Virus record (IMG/VR): IMGVR_UViG_3300037458_000305
Location: 1-30,873 of that record
DNA: 30,873 nucleotides
From: a virus
Lineage: Duplodnaviria > Caudoviricetes
Strand: one strand, 5' to 3'
Part shown: positions 16,003-24,494 of the stretch, one piece after another
How positions within the stretch are numbered: position 1 is the first letter of the stretch
Layout of the letters: each line of letters begins with the position of its first letter
Notes under the pieces: model-generated
The model's input: only the letters and a program-made list of their open reading frames with translations
Told to the model about the DNA's origin: nothing
The model's database searches: none
Program-made: the position numbers and the translations under genes

Positions 16003-17583
16003 TCAGTGCAGAACGCGGGCCGGGATGGGCTGGTCGCCCTCCTCGGCGTCGTCTTCCGGCTCTTCAGGTGCCGGCGGGGGTGCCGGCGGGGTCGGCTCGG
16101 GCTTCTCGTAGGCTTCCGGCGATGTGTCGAAGGTCAGGCCCTCGGCGTCCATCTGGTCGAGCTCGCGGCGGCGCTGCTTCAGCACCTCCTCGATGTCGCG
16201 CCCGCCGCCGGTCTCGGCGATGACGTCCGCCACCGTCGTGAAGCCGGCCATGACCGCTTCTTTGTAGGCGGCGACCTCCTTGGTCGGGTCCACCCAGGAC
16301 CAGCCGCGGGGCTTGAACGAGACCGCCTCGAACTTCGACGGGTCGGCGGCGTATTCGGCCAGGCCGACGCCGGGGATGGCGCGCGCCAGCACGGCCTGGC
16401 GCAGCCAGACACGGTGTACGCGCTCGCGGAAGCCGCGGATAAACCACTGCTGCAGCGCCCGCCAGTGGCTGCGGTCCTCGACCAGCGCCAGGCGGGCGCT
16501 GCTGTAGTTCGATTGCGAGTAGTCGCGGGACAGCGACTCGTAGGACGTACCGACGCCGGCCGCCATCTCGCGAAGCATGTAGCGTAGGAACGGATCGAGC
16601 GCCGAGTTCGGGCGGTTCGGGTTGATGAAGTTCAGCTTCTGACCCGGCGGCAGCTTCTCGACCATGCCCGGCTCGAGCGGCAGATGGTAGGTGCCGTCCT
16701 CCTGCTCCTCGCCGAGCGCCGCCGTTTCCTCGTCGCTCTCGATGGTGCCGAAGTACATGGACGCGGCACGGGCGGCGACGATCTCCGCCTCGGTGTACCC
16801 GTCGATGTCGGCCAGCTTGCGGATCACCGCGTGCATCCACGGCTCGCCGCGAACCTGCGGCCAGCGATCGATCAGGCGCAGGTGGATGATCTGGTCGGCG
16901 GGGACGCGCTCGAGGCGGTCCGAGCGCGTCGTGTCCTTGCGGATCTCGCCGGGGTGGCGCTGATAGATCCAGTACGCGACCGGCCGGTAGAACGAATCGA
17001 CCTCGATGCCGTCGAGCACCACGTTGCCGGCGACGACCGGTCCGGGCTCGGCGTAGCCGTCGGCCAGCCGCTCGGCCTCGATCAGCTCCAGCCCGAGCGG
17101 GACCTTGGAATCCCCGAAGGCGCGGTAGTGCTCGCGGATCAGGACCTCGCCGGCCTCGAACACCTGGCCCATCGCCTGGCGCTCGAGGTCCTGGAAGTGC
17201 AGCTGCCCGCCGGTGTGGCAGCGATCCGCCCGGCACCAGTCCCACCAGGCCCACTCGATCGCATCGTTGACGGCTTCGCGCAGGCTGTCGCGGGTACTGC
17301 GAACCTCGGCCTGCATACCGATGCCGGTGCCGATGACGTTGTCCACGACGATCTTCTTCGCCCGCTTGGCGTAGGCCGAATCGCGGACGAGCTGGCGCGA
17401 GGCTGAGCGCAGCCGCTGCAGGCTGACGGAGAGCTCCGCGTTGGCCGTGGTATTGGTGCCGCCGAGGCCGAGGTGCGTGCGCGATGGCCGCGCCGCGGCG
17501 TACATCCGCTGCAGTCCCCTGCCGGGAACGCGCCGGTCTTCGCCGATCAGTGCGCGCCAGGCGCGAGTGAAGCGATTAGGCAC
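16003..17583 (-). CDS. Portal protein, lambda family
   Basis: QVRGEPW, SYESLSRDYSQSNYSSAR and WVDPTKE motifs. Confidence 0.95.
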   Translation of the reverse strand: MPNRFTRAWRALIGEDRRVPGRGLQRMYAAARPSRTHLGLGGTNTTANAELSVSLQRLRSASRQLVRDSAYAKRAKKIVVDNVIGTGIGMQAEVRSTRDSLREAVNDAIEWAWWDWCRADRCHTGGQLHFQDLERQAMGQVFEAGEVLIREHYRAFGDSKVPLGLELIEAERLADGYAEPGPVVAGNVVLDGIEVDSFYRPVAYWIYQRHPGEIRKDTTRSDRLERVPADQIIHLRLIDRWPQVRGEPWMHAVIRKLADIDGYTEAEIVAARAASMYFGTIESDEETAALGEEQEDGTYHLPLEPGMVEKLPPGQKLNFINPNRPNSALDPFLRYMLREMAAGVGTSYESLSRDYSQSNYSSARLALVEDRSHWRALQQWFIRGFRERVHRVWLRQAVLARAIPGVGLAEYAADPSKFEAVSFKPRGWSWVDPTKEVAAYKEAVMAGFTTVADVIAETGGGRDIEEVLKQRRRELDQMDAEGLTFDTSPEAYEKPEPTPPAPPPAPEEPEDDAEEGDQPIPARVLH

Positions 17584-18136
17584 GGTAGTTCATCCTCGTG
17601 TACAGGCGGCGCTGCCGGTAGCGCGGGATTCCCTTGTCCTCCGCCCGCTCCCGCTTGACCTCCGCCTCGAGCTTGTCCCGGTACACCACGAGCTCTGCGC
17701 GGTTCCACCGCGACAGGCTGCGATTGCCGAGCGAGTAGTTCGCCGCGGCCAGGTTGGTCGGGTCGCGCAGGTAGGCGTTGATCGCGTCGAGCTCGATCTC
17801 CCGCTGACTGCGGTGGTCGACGTTGCCGGCCGCGGCCGGGTTGACCTCGACCTCGAGCCAGCCCTGCTCGATCGTCTTGCGGACAGAGTCGGCGATCCGC
17901 GTCACGACCCGGCGCCAGCGATAGGCGCCCACCTTGTAGGCCGCCGTGGTCGCTGCCGCGACCGTCGCGGCGTGCGTCGCGCCGTCCGCGACTGCCGGCA
18001 CGGCGAAGTTCGCGTCCAGCCGCTCGAAGTACCAGGTCGCCTCCCACACGCCGGCTGGATAGTCCTCGAGCTCGCGGGCCCACTCCCAGGTGTCGCCGGC
18101 GATCAGCGTCTCGGGTACTTGCGTCGGGGTCGTCAC
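17576..18136 (-). CDS. Head-tail adaptor (gpW-like C-terminus with an extra N-terminal beta domain)
   Basis: Between terL and portal; C-terminal YSLGNRSLSRWNRAEL...LEAEV is gpW-like. Confidence 0.7.
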   Translation of the reverse strand: MTTPTQVPETLIAGDTWEWARELEDYPAGVWEATWYFERLDANFAVPAVADGATHAATVAAATTAAYKVGAYRWRRVVTRIADSVRKTIEQGWLEVEVNPAAAGNVDHRSQREIELDAINAYLRDPTNLAAANYSLGNRSLSRWNRAELVVYRDKLEAEVKRERAEDKGIPRYRQRRLYTRMNYRA

Positions 18137-18137
18137 G

Positions 18138-20078
18138 TCACCTCCATGAGCGCACCCACGACGGGCGGCGCATCACTGGCTTCGGTTTCTGGCCCGGAGC
18201 TGGGGCTTCGGCCGCCGGCTCCGGTTCTGGTTTCGGCGCTTCGTGCGCCGCGGTCTCCGCCCGCGTCACCCGCCGCCGCAGCAGCTCGGCGCCGCCGCGG
18301 CCCTGCAGGGCGCACCAGGCGTAGACCGTGCAGTCGAGGCCCTCCTGGCGGATACCGGTCTGCCGCGGGCGCCACAGCCGCACCCGGCGGCCCTGGCTCA
18401 CCCGGTGGACCACGGTTTCCGATGTCAGCTGCTCGAGCCACTCCTCGTCGGTGTCGGCGTCGAAATGGACGTAGCCAGGGCCCGGCTCGATCACCCGGCG
18501 CAGCCGCTGATAGAGCACGTCCTTGGCCGTGTCCACGCCGATCGGCCACACCTGGCCGACCTTCGCCTTGCTGGCCTTCTTCGGCCAGGCGAGGCGGCCC
18601 TGGCCGGCCACGCCCTTGACGGCCCATACCCGGAACCGCTTGCGGGCGGCGCAGTAGCGGTAGACCTGCTCGGTGAAGTGACCGCCGGAGTCCACCGCGC
18701 AGGCCTCGATCAGGAGCTCGCGACCATCGTCCGTGGCCCACCGCCGGCGCAGCAGATCGTCATGCTCGCGCCACAGCGCGGCGCCGCCCGGGTCTCCGCG
18801 GAGCACAATGTGCTCGACGCGCCAGGCCTCCTCATCGGCGCCCCAGCCCCAGACCACAGTCTCGAGGCGGTCATCCTGGACGTCGGTGCCGGCGGTGAGC
18901 AGTTGCACACCGGGCGGCAGGCTGTGGGCGGTGTAGGACTCCACCCGGCCGGTAAGGCCGGAGGCCTCGAGCTTCTCGCCCGCGTCTTCCCAGGTCTCGC
19001 CGAGCGCGGTGTTGATCCAGGTCTGCAGCGTCTCCGGCAGGCGCTTGGCCTTCAGGAAGCCGTCCGCCATATCGGCCCATGTGGACCAAGGCGAGTACAG
19101 CTCGCTGATGTGGAACCCCGCCACGCCGGTGAACGGCCGGCTCGACCGCCACTCGCCGCGGGCGAGCATCTCGGCCTTGTGGCCCTCGCCGAGCTCGGCG
19201 GCACAGTGCTGGCAGACGTAGACCGCCTCGTGCGGCCGGCCGTCCGGCCAGCGGACCTGCGACCACACCAGGCGCTGGTACTCGCCGCACTCCGGGCAGG
19301 GCACGAAGTAGTAGCGCTGGTCCGACTGCTCGAACCCCACCTCGATGCGTGAGCTGCCCTTGATCGTCGGTGTCGAGCCTGCCAGCACCTTGCGATTCCA
19401 GAATGTCCGGGTCCGCTTGATGCCCAGGCTGATCGGGTCGCCCTCCGTCCCGGCCGAGGTCGGGAAGCGGTCCACCTCGTCGAAGAGCACGATGCGGATC
19501 GGCCTCGAGGCCAGGCCCGCGGGACTGTTGGCGCCGGCCACCGTCAGGCGACCTCCGGCGAAGGTCTTGTGCAACAGGGTGTTCCCGCTGTCTCGCGCCC
19601 TGGCGTCGGCGATCTTGCCGCGCAGCGCCGGCGTGTCCCGCAGCATCGGTGCGAGGCGGTCCTTGGACCAGGCCTCGGCCATCTCGAGCGTCGGCTGCAC
19701 CAGCAGGATCGGCGCCGGGTCCTGATCCACGTGGAACCCGATCACGTTGTTCAGGATCTCGGTCCAGCCAACCTGGGCGGACTTCTGGACCCAGACCTCC
19801 TTCACGGCCGGGTCCGAGACCGCGTCCATGATTCCCCGCTGGTACGGCGCCCGGTCAGTCCTCCAGTGCCCGGGCTCGGCGCTGCTTTCGCTGCTGAGTC
19901 GCCTTTCGCGGTCGGACCACTCGCTCACCGTCAGGGTCGGCGGCGGCTTCAGCACCGTCCGCACTTCCCGCCACACCCTCAGCACTGCCGTCGGGTCGAG
20001 GCTCGTACTCGGCGAGCTCGGCGAGTGCGGCGTAGACCTCGGCCCGGATCGCCGCTGCGATGACGTGTGGGTCTCCAA
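18138..20078 (-). CDS. terL: Terminase large subunit, lambda GpA family (true start may be the GTG near 19985)
   Basis: KSAQVGWTE Walker A, VLFDEVD Walker B, STPT, CPEC/CQHC, GTDVQ and DSGG nuclease motifs. Confidence 0.96.
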   Translation of the reverse strand: METHTSSQRRSGPRSTPHSPSSPSTSLDPTAVLRVWREVRTVLKPPPTLTVSEWSDRERRLSSESSAEPGHWRTDRAPYQRGIMDAVSDPAVKEVWVQKSAQVGWTEILNNVIGFHVDQDPAPILLVQPTLEMAEAWSKDRLAPMLRDTPALRGKIADARARDSGNTLLHKTFAGGRLTVAGANSPAGLASRPIRIVLFDEVDRFPTSAGTEGDPISLGIKRTRTFWNRKVLAGSTPTIKGSSRIEVGFEQSDQRYYFVPCPECGEYQRLVWSQVRWPDGRPHEAVYVCQHCAAELGEGHKAEMLARGEWRSSRPFTGVAGFHISELYSPWSTWADMADGFLKAKRLPETLQTWINTALGETWEDAGEKLEASGLTGRVESYTAHSLPPGVQLLTAGTDVQDDRLETVVWGWGADEEAWRVEHIVLRGDPGGAALWREHDDLLRRRWATDDGRELLIEACAVDSGGHFTEQVYRYCAARKRFRVWAVKGVAGQGRLAWPKKASKAKVGQVWPIGVDTAKDVLYQRLRRVIEPGPGYVHFDADTDEEWLEQLTSETVVHRVSQGRRVRLWRPRQTGIRQEGLDCTVYAWCALQGRGGAELLRRRVTRAETAAHEAPKPEPEPAAEAPAPGQKPKPVMRRPSWVRSWR

Positions 20079-20427
20079 TGTTCACCAGCTGCGGGCCTAG
20101 CTTCGGGCCCAGGTTGAGGAGCCGCGCCCGCATGTTGGCGAGACAGTCGGCCCAGAACTTCGTGACGACCTTCAGGTCGGCGAGCCAGCCCTTGCGGACC
20201 GCGTTTTCGTGCTCGACCTTCTCGGCCTGCGCCGCGGCCAGCCGCTCGCGCTGATTGTCGAAGTCGCCGGACCCGGCGGCGCGGGCCACGAGCCAGGCCA
20301 CGAGCTCGCGCGCGTGGTAGCTGCCGTCGCGATTCCGCGGCGCGTCCGCCCAGTCCCGCAGCGTCCGGGACGTCACGCCGCAGATTTCCGCGGCCTGCTG
20401 CTGCGTCAGCCTGGACAGGTCGCACAT
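19855..20427 (-). CDS. terS: Terminase small subunit (Nu1-like)
   Basis: N-terminal HTH (QQAAEICGVTSRTLRDW) and RERLAAAQAEKVE coiled coil; lies between cos and terL. Confidence 0.88.
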   Translation of the reverse strand: MCDLSRLTQQQAAEICGVTSRTLRDWADAPRNRDGSYHARELVAWLVARAAGSGDFDNQRERLAAAQAEKVEHENAVRKGWLADLKVVTKFWADCLANMRARLLNLGPKLGPQLVNIGDPHVIAAAIRAEVYAALAELAEYEPRPDGSAEGVAGSADGAEAAADPDGERVVRPRKATQQRKQRRARALED

Positions 20428-20468
20428 TTCGGAATATACGGAAGGAACCTAGAAGCCCCCGGAGCTAC

Positions 20469-20520
20469 GCGAAGGCCGCGCCTCGTTAGACCCGCAGTGG
20501 GGACGCCCCGGGAAGGACCC
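20469..20520 (-). other. Lambda-type cos site (cosQ + cosN); predicted 12-nt cohesive end GGTCTAACGAGG at 20481-20492
   Basis: Minus strand GGGTCCT (identical to lambda cosQ, 20514-20520), then TGCG-GGTCTAACGAGG-CGCGGCCTTCGC, parallel to lambda TACG-GGGCGGCGACCT-CGCGGGTTTTCGC; just upstream of terS. Confidence 0.75.
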
Positions 20521-20521
20521 G

Positions 20522-21082
20522 TCACGCTTTCATCCCGAGCCGGCGCAGCTCGAAGTTCAGCTCCTCGCGCAACCTCTTCGGCATTGTCCGTCCCGCCTCT
20601 TCGCGCATCGCCTGAACGATGGGCTCCTTCAGGAACGTGCTCGGGATCGATGGCCCGTAGAGCTTCTTGATCGGCAGGCGCTTCCTGCCCTCTCGAGCAA
20701 AGACGTGGCCGCCGATACGGTCCACGACGAATGCGCGGTTGCCATTGTGAGCGACCCGCTTGCGGCCGCCGGGCCCCACCTGCACGGTCACGCCCGCCTT
20801 CGTCTTTCGGGCGCCATAGTCGCGCAGCGGGATCGGCCTGCCGGACGCCACCACTGATGCTTCTGGTAGTCGGCGCTTGGCGCGCTCGATCTTCAGCTGC
20901 TCACGGATCGTGCCCGCCTTGAGGCCTGGCCGCTCCTTGCGTATCTGTCGGGTGACGTTGGCGCGCACGGCTGTGGCCGTCTTGTTCAGCGCCCTGGTCA
21001 TGGCCGCAGGGAGAGCCTGGCGCTCGAGGTCCGTCAGGGCCCTCTCGACCTCTCGAGCGTCGAAGCTGACGTTCAGGCGCAT
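20522..21082 (-). CDS. Minor tail protein Z-like (186 aa)
   Basis: ATG 21082 overlaps the upstream stop; RALNKTA, HVFAREG..RLPIKKLYGPSIP; very basic. Confidence 0.8.
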   Translation of the reverse strand: MRLNVSFDAREVERALTDLERQALPAAMTRALNKTATAVRANVTRQIRKERPGLKAGTIREQLKIERAKRRLPEASVVASGRPIPLRDYGARKTKAGVTVQVGPGGRKRVAHNGNRAFVVDRIGGHVFAREGRKRLPIKKLYGPSIPSTFLKEPIVQAMREEAGRTMPKRLREELNFELRRLGMKA

Positions 21083-21564
21083 TACCCCACCACTCGCGGC
21101 CGCTCGATCTTGAGCGTGAAGGTCAGGGCCTTGACCGTGGCGTCGCTGAATGTGCCCGCAATCGTCACGGTGTAGGACTGCCCGAGAATGCCGCCCGAAA
21201 TGAACGCCCGGCTTGCGGTCGGCGAATTCGTCGGCGTGCTGATCGTCAGGCCCGATCCGGTCCACTGAGCATTTGCGATAGTGCGCTCGATGGAATCGCC
21301 CGTGGGCGCCTCGCACGTCCACACCACCGAGCCGTCCCGGACGGTCTGCCCTGCGGTTGTCGGCCATCGGGGCTCTTTGGCGGCAGTCCTGCCGGCCACG
21401 GTTGCCCGATACTGGAAGCCCGTCGCGCTGACAGGCTCGACCGCGGTGCCGAGGTTGTAGTCAACGCCCGGCTCGCGGTAGCGCACGCAGTGGGCGCGGA
21501 AGTCGGCCGTGTAGTCGAGTTCGTCCTGCGGGTCCTGGCTCTTAATCACGCTTGGCCTGCTCAT
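21082..21564 (-). CDS. Putative fibre adaptor protein with an inserted CBM5/12-like module
   Basis: N-terminal QDPQDELDYTADF and C-terminal FISGGILGQSYTVT flank an insert YRATVAG...EPRWPT...DGSVVWTC. Confidence 0.6.
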   Translation of the reverse strand: MSRPSVIKSQDPQDELDYTADFRAHCVRYREPGVDYNLGTAVEPVSATGFQYRATVAGRTAAKEPRWPTTAGQTVRDGSVVWTCEAPTGDSIERTIANAQWTGSGLTISTPTNSPTASRAFISGGILGQSYTVTIAGTFSDATVKALTFTLKIERPRVVG

Positions 21565-23939
21565 ATGGTGCGGCTCTCCGGGGTCGCGTAGATACGCCGC
21601 AAGGTCGGCTCGACAATCAGCGTCCTCTCATCCGGCGTCGGTGGCAGTCCGGTGCGCTCAAATGCCGTCAGCGTCACCCCTTCCAGCGTGACACTCAGCC
21701 CGCCCTCGACCTCGCCTAGCTCGCCATCGGCCTCAAGCGTGACGCCTTGCAGCGTCAGCGCCGCAACGCCGAATATGGCCGGCGCATCCTGCACGCTGGC
21801 GTTGGCGGTAAAGCCGATGCCGTCGAGCGTTGTGGCAAGGCTTCCGTCAGGCTGTGTGCCGCCCGATCCGCCGCCCGTAGCGCCCGCGAGCTGCAAGGTC
21901 GCCTGCGGCTCGACCACCGACGTGACCTGTCCGCCGCCCGTGACGCCCCGCAGCGTGGAGTTCAGGCTGCCGGCGTACTCGAAGAATTCCGCCGCCGTTG
22001 CCTGAAGCGTGACGCCCTCAACGGTCGCTTCCCATGTCGCCGTGATGTCCGGCGTGCCGGTTGCGGCGAGGGTCAGTCCGTCCAGCGTCGCCGTCAGCGT
22101 CGCGTTCGGCGGGTCCTCGGCCGTGCCCGTGGCGGATAGCGCCACACCCGTCAGCGTCGCCGTCAGATTCGGCGTGGCCGGCGGATAGTTGAAGGTCGTG
22201 ACTAGGTGCCGGACCTTCGACTTCGCGTACTGCTGTTTCGGCTTCGGGAACGCCTCGATGCGCGTCTCATTACCGAGGTAAAGGTCATATTCCAGTTCAG
22301 CGAAGGCGCCCGAGGCCGTCAGCGTGACGCCGGCCAGGGTCGCATTCAGCGAACCATCAGCCTGCGGTATCGTCGGCGTGACGACGTTGTTTCCGACGAT
22401 AGCCGCGTAGCGTCTGCCAGCCGTCGTGGTCTGCGTAACCGTCGTGCGGGTCGCCTTGCGGGACCGCAGCAAGGCGGTTTCCAGGATCGCGTCGGTGACG
22501 CCCGTCGCCGTGAGGCTGATGCCGCCTAGCGTGGCGCCGAAATCCGCCGTGACTTCCGGCTGCACGATTTCGACCGGCGCAAGGGCGTAGCGGCGGCTCG
22601 ACGTGACCCACGTCTCGGTCGCAACGCGGCCGGTCTTGCGCCAGCGCAGCGCATACAGCGAAACCGTATCCTCGGTTTCACCGCTGGCCGTCAGCGTGAC
22701 GCCCGCAAGCGTCGTCGATGCCTGCGACGTAATCTGCGCCGCAGAACCATCGGCGGTGACGACGGCGCCACTAAGCGCCAGCGTTGCGTCACCCGCAACA
22801 GTCGGCGCGGCATCAGCCGTGACCGTTGCGCCCGCAAGGCTGACGATTGCAGTCGCTTCACCAGGCGCGCCGGCTGGAATCGTGAGCAGCAGCGGTGCCG
22901 AAAGCCGGTTAGCCCTGACCGTCGTGACCGTCTGCGCGTGGACGTTCTCGGTCGGCCGCAGCGTGACGGCTGGCGCAGCGCCGGCGTTTACCGTCGCATC
23001 GGCTGATAGCGTTGCGCCGGTTAGCTGTATCTCGTTGAGCGGATCGCCGCCTGGCAATACCAGCAGCAGCAGCGCGGCGAGCTTGCTTGCCTTTGCGACC
23101 GTCGTGGTCTGCGCGTGGACGTTCTCGGTCGGCCGCAGCGATACGGTCGGCGTGATGTCAACCGAAACCGTCGCATCGGCTGTGGCCGTGACGCCGGCGA
23201 GGTTGGCCGTGGCATCGCCACTGATGACCGCTTCAGGCCGAAGCCGCAGGAAGCCCGTCGGGCCGCTGCCGCTCGCGCTGATCGTGTAGCTGAACGTCGG
23301 CGCTACGTTTGGCGTGCCGCTGACGCTGTTGACCGGCGCGGTGTTGATGATGTGCCGATGGTCGTAGCCGTTGGTGACGGCCGTATCGGCGCGGTTCGTG
23401 ATCGTGCCGAACGTGACATCGGTGGCGCTGATCGCGCGGCTCGTGGCCGTGCCGGTGTCGATGTTCTGCGCGGTGGCGAACAGCAGCAGGTCGCCCGCGA
23501 GGAACGTCAGGTTACTACTGGCGGTCGCGCTGTAGCCGGTGCCGTTCGTCGTGTACGCGCCGCTGGCCCACGCTTCGGTAACGCGGAAGCCGGCTGCGGG
23601 CTCGATGCGGACAATCGAGCACCGCATCGTATTGTTGGTCGTGCCAGCGAGCGTGACCGTGATGGTCCCGGACTCGCTGCCGGTGACGGTATCCTTGCGG
23701 AACACCGTGACCCGGCGCGTGCCGACATCCGCCGTGCCCCACGTGCCGGTGCCGCCTTCCAGCGTGCCAATGTTCGTCCAGCCGCCGCCGGTGACAGCCC
23801 AGTCAGTACCGGCCGTATTCGAGCGTCCGGTGCAGACGAGGTAGAGGGCACTATTCGCCGTGATCCCGGACGGGTACGACGGCGTTGCGCTGGTGGTGCC
23901 GCTGGCACCCGTGCCGATTGCGCCCCAGGATAGGCTCAT
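21561..23939 (-). CDS. Repeat-rich fibre backbone ('rope') protein, 792 aa
   Basis: ~235-aa N-terminal beta domain, ~15 TLxG[VA]TLxAxG-type repeats, C-terminal ERTLIV...ESRTI motif. Confidence 0.75.
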   Translation of the reverse strand: MSLSWGAIGTGASGTTSATPSYPSGITANSALYLVCTGRSNTAGTDWAVTGGGWTNIGTLEGGTGTWGTADVGTRRVTVFRKDTVTGSESGTITVTLAGTTNNTMRCSIVRIEPAAGFRVTEAWASGAYTTNGTGYSATASSNLTFLAGDLLLFATAQNIDTGTATSRAISATDVTFGTITNRADTAVTNGYDHRHIINTAPVNSVSGTPNVAPTFSYTISASGSGPTGFLRLRPEAVISGDATANLAGVTATADATVSVDITPTVSLRPTENVHAQTTTVAKASKLAALLLLVLPGGDPLNEIQLTGATLSADATVNAGAAPAVTLRPTENVHAQTVTTVRANRLSAPLLLTIPAGAPGEATAIVSLAGATVTADAAPTVAGDATLALSGAVVTADGSAAQITSQASTTLAGVTLTASGETEDTVSLYALRWRKTGRVATETWVTSSRRYALAPVEIVQPEVTADFGATLGGISLTATGVTDAILETALLRSRKATRTTVTQTTTAGRRYAAIVGNNVVTPTIPQADGSLNATLAGVTLTASGAFAELEYDLYLGNETRIEAFPKPKQQYAKSKVRHLVTTFNYPPATPNLTATLTGVALSATGTAEDPPNATLTATLDGLTLAATGTPDITATWEATVEGVTLQATAAEFFEYAGSLNSTLRGVTGGGQVTSVVEPQATLQLAGATGGGSGGTQPDGSLATTLDGIGFTANASVQDAPAIFGVAALTLQGVTLEADGELGEVEGGLSVTLEGVTLTAFERTGLPPTPDERTLIVEPTLRRIYATPESRTI
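22930..23140. repeat. Exact 34-bp direct repeat (22930-22963 and 23107-23140)
   Basis: GTCTGCGCGTGGACGTTCTCGGTCGGCCGCAGCG occurs twice, 177 bp apart; encodes LRPTENVHAQT. Confidence 0.95.
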
Positions 23940-23992
23940 GGGGCTGGATTCCGCAGTGAGCCGCCGGTCAATGGCTTGACGCTAACGGCCAC
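23936..23992 (-). CDS. Putative 18-aa leader peptide MAVSVKPLTGGSLRNPAP
   Basis: GGAGG (23999-24003) lies 6 nt before the GTG; its TGA overlaps the ATG of the 792-aa gene. Confidence 0.45.
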   Translation of the reverse strand: MAVSVKPLTGGSLRNPAP

Positions 23993-24033
23993 TGCGGACC
24001 TCCAATGTTGTGCTTTCCCTCTCGGGAAAACGA

Positions 24034-24483
24034 TTACTCGCTGAAGTACACCGTGCACGAACCGTTGCGCGACGCCGCAGGCGCCGAGGCAAGGTTCAGG
24101 CCGATGCGGGCGCCGCCGGGGACGATGATCTTGAGTTCCTCAAGGCCGAACAGCTCGTCCACGGGGACCACGAGGTTCTGCTGGTACGTCCACAGTACAT
24201 CGCCCGCCGAGCCCGGCGTGGTGACGTTGCGGTTGACCGTGCACGCGGCCGCAACCGTGTTGCGCGAGTACAGTGCGCGCGGCGTGACAGCCGTGCCGCC
24301 CGAGCCGGCCGTGGTGCGGCGCAGGATCTGGAGCCGCACGATTTCCTGCGCGGTGACGCCCCAGGAAAGCTCAATGCGGTGAATCTTGACCGGGACAGCG
24401 GCGGCTGCGGTGATCTCGATGAGATCCTGGGTGGCGCCGATGCCGATGTTCTCAAACGAGACCGAATAGTTAAGGCCGCTCAT
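24034..24483 (-). CDS. Small beta-sandwich virion/fibre subunit (149 aa)
   Basis: AGGAG RBS; alternating beta pattern; terminal TVYFSE. Confidence 0.7.
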   Translation of the reverse strand: MSGLNYSVSFENIGIGATQDLIEITAAAAVPVKIHRIELSWGVTAQEIVRLQILRRTTAGSGGTAVTPRALYSRNTVAAACTVNRNVTTPGSAGDVLWTYQQNLVVPVDELFGLEELKIIVPGGARIGLNLASAPAASRNGSCTVYFSE

Positions 24484-24494
24484 GTCTCAGACTC

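Noticed and set aside
16064-17254. Alternative-frame Arg/Gly-rich ORFs overlapping portal, capsid and terminase
   Set aside because: Low-complexity off-frame translations expected from GC-rich codon usage.
9500-21100. Frequent CTCGAG hexamers
   Set aside because: Explained by Leu-Glu (CTC GAG) codon pairs in high-GC genes; no regular spacing seen.
22930-23140. CRISPR array or DGR template/variable repeat pair
   Set aside because: Only two identical in-frame copies inside a gene; no adenine-specific differences and no cas or reverse transcriptase gene in the window.
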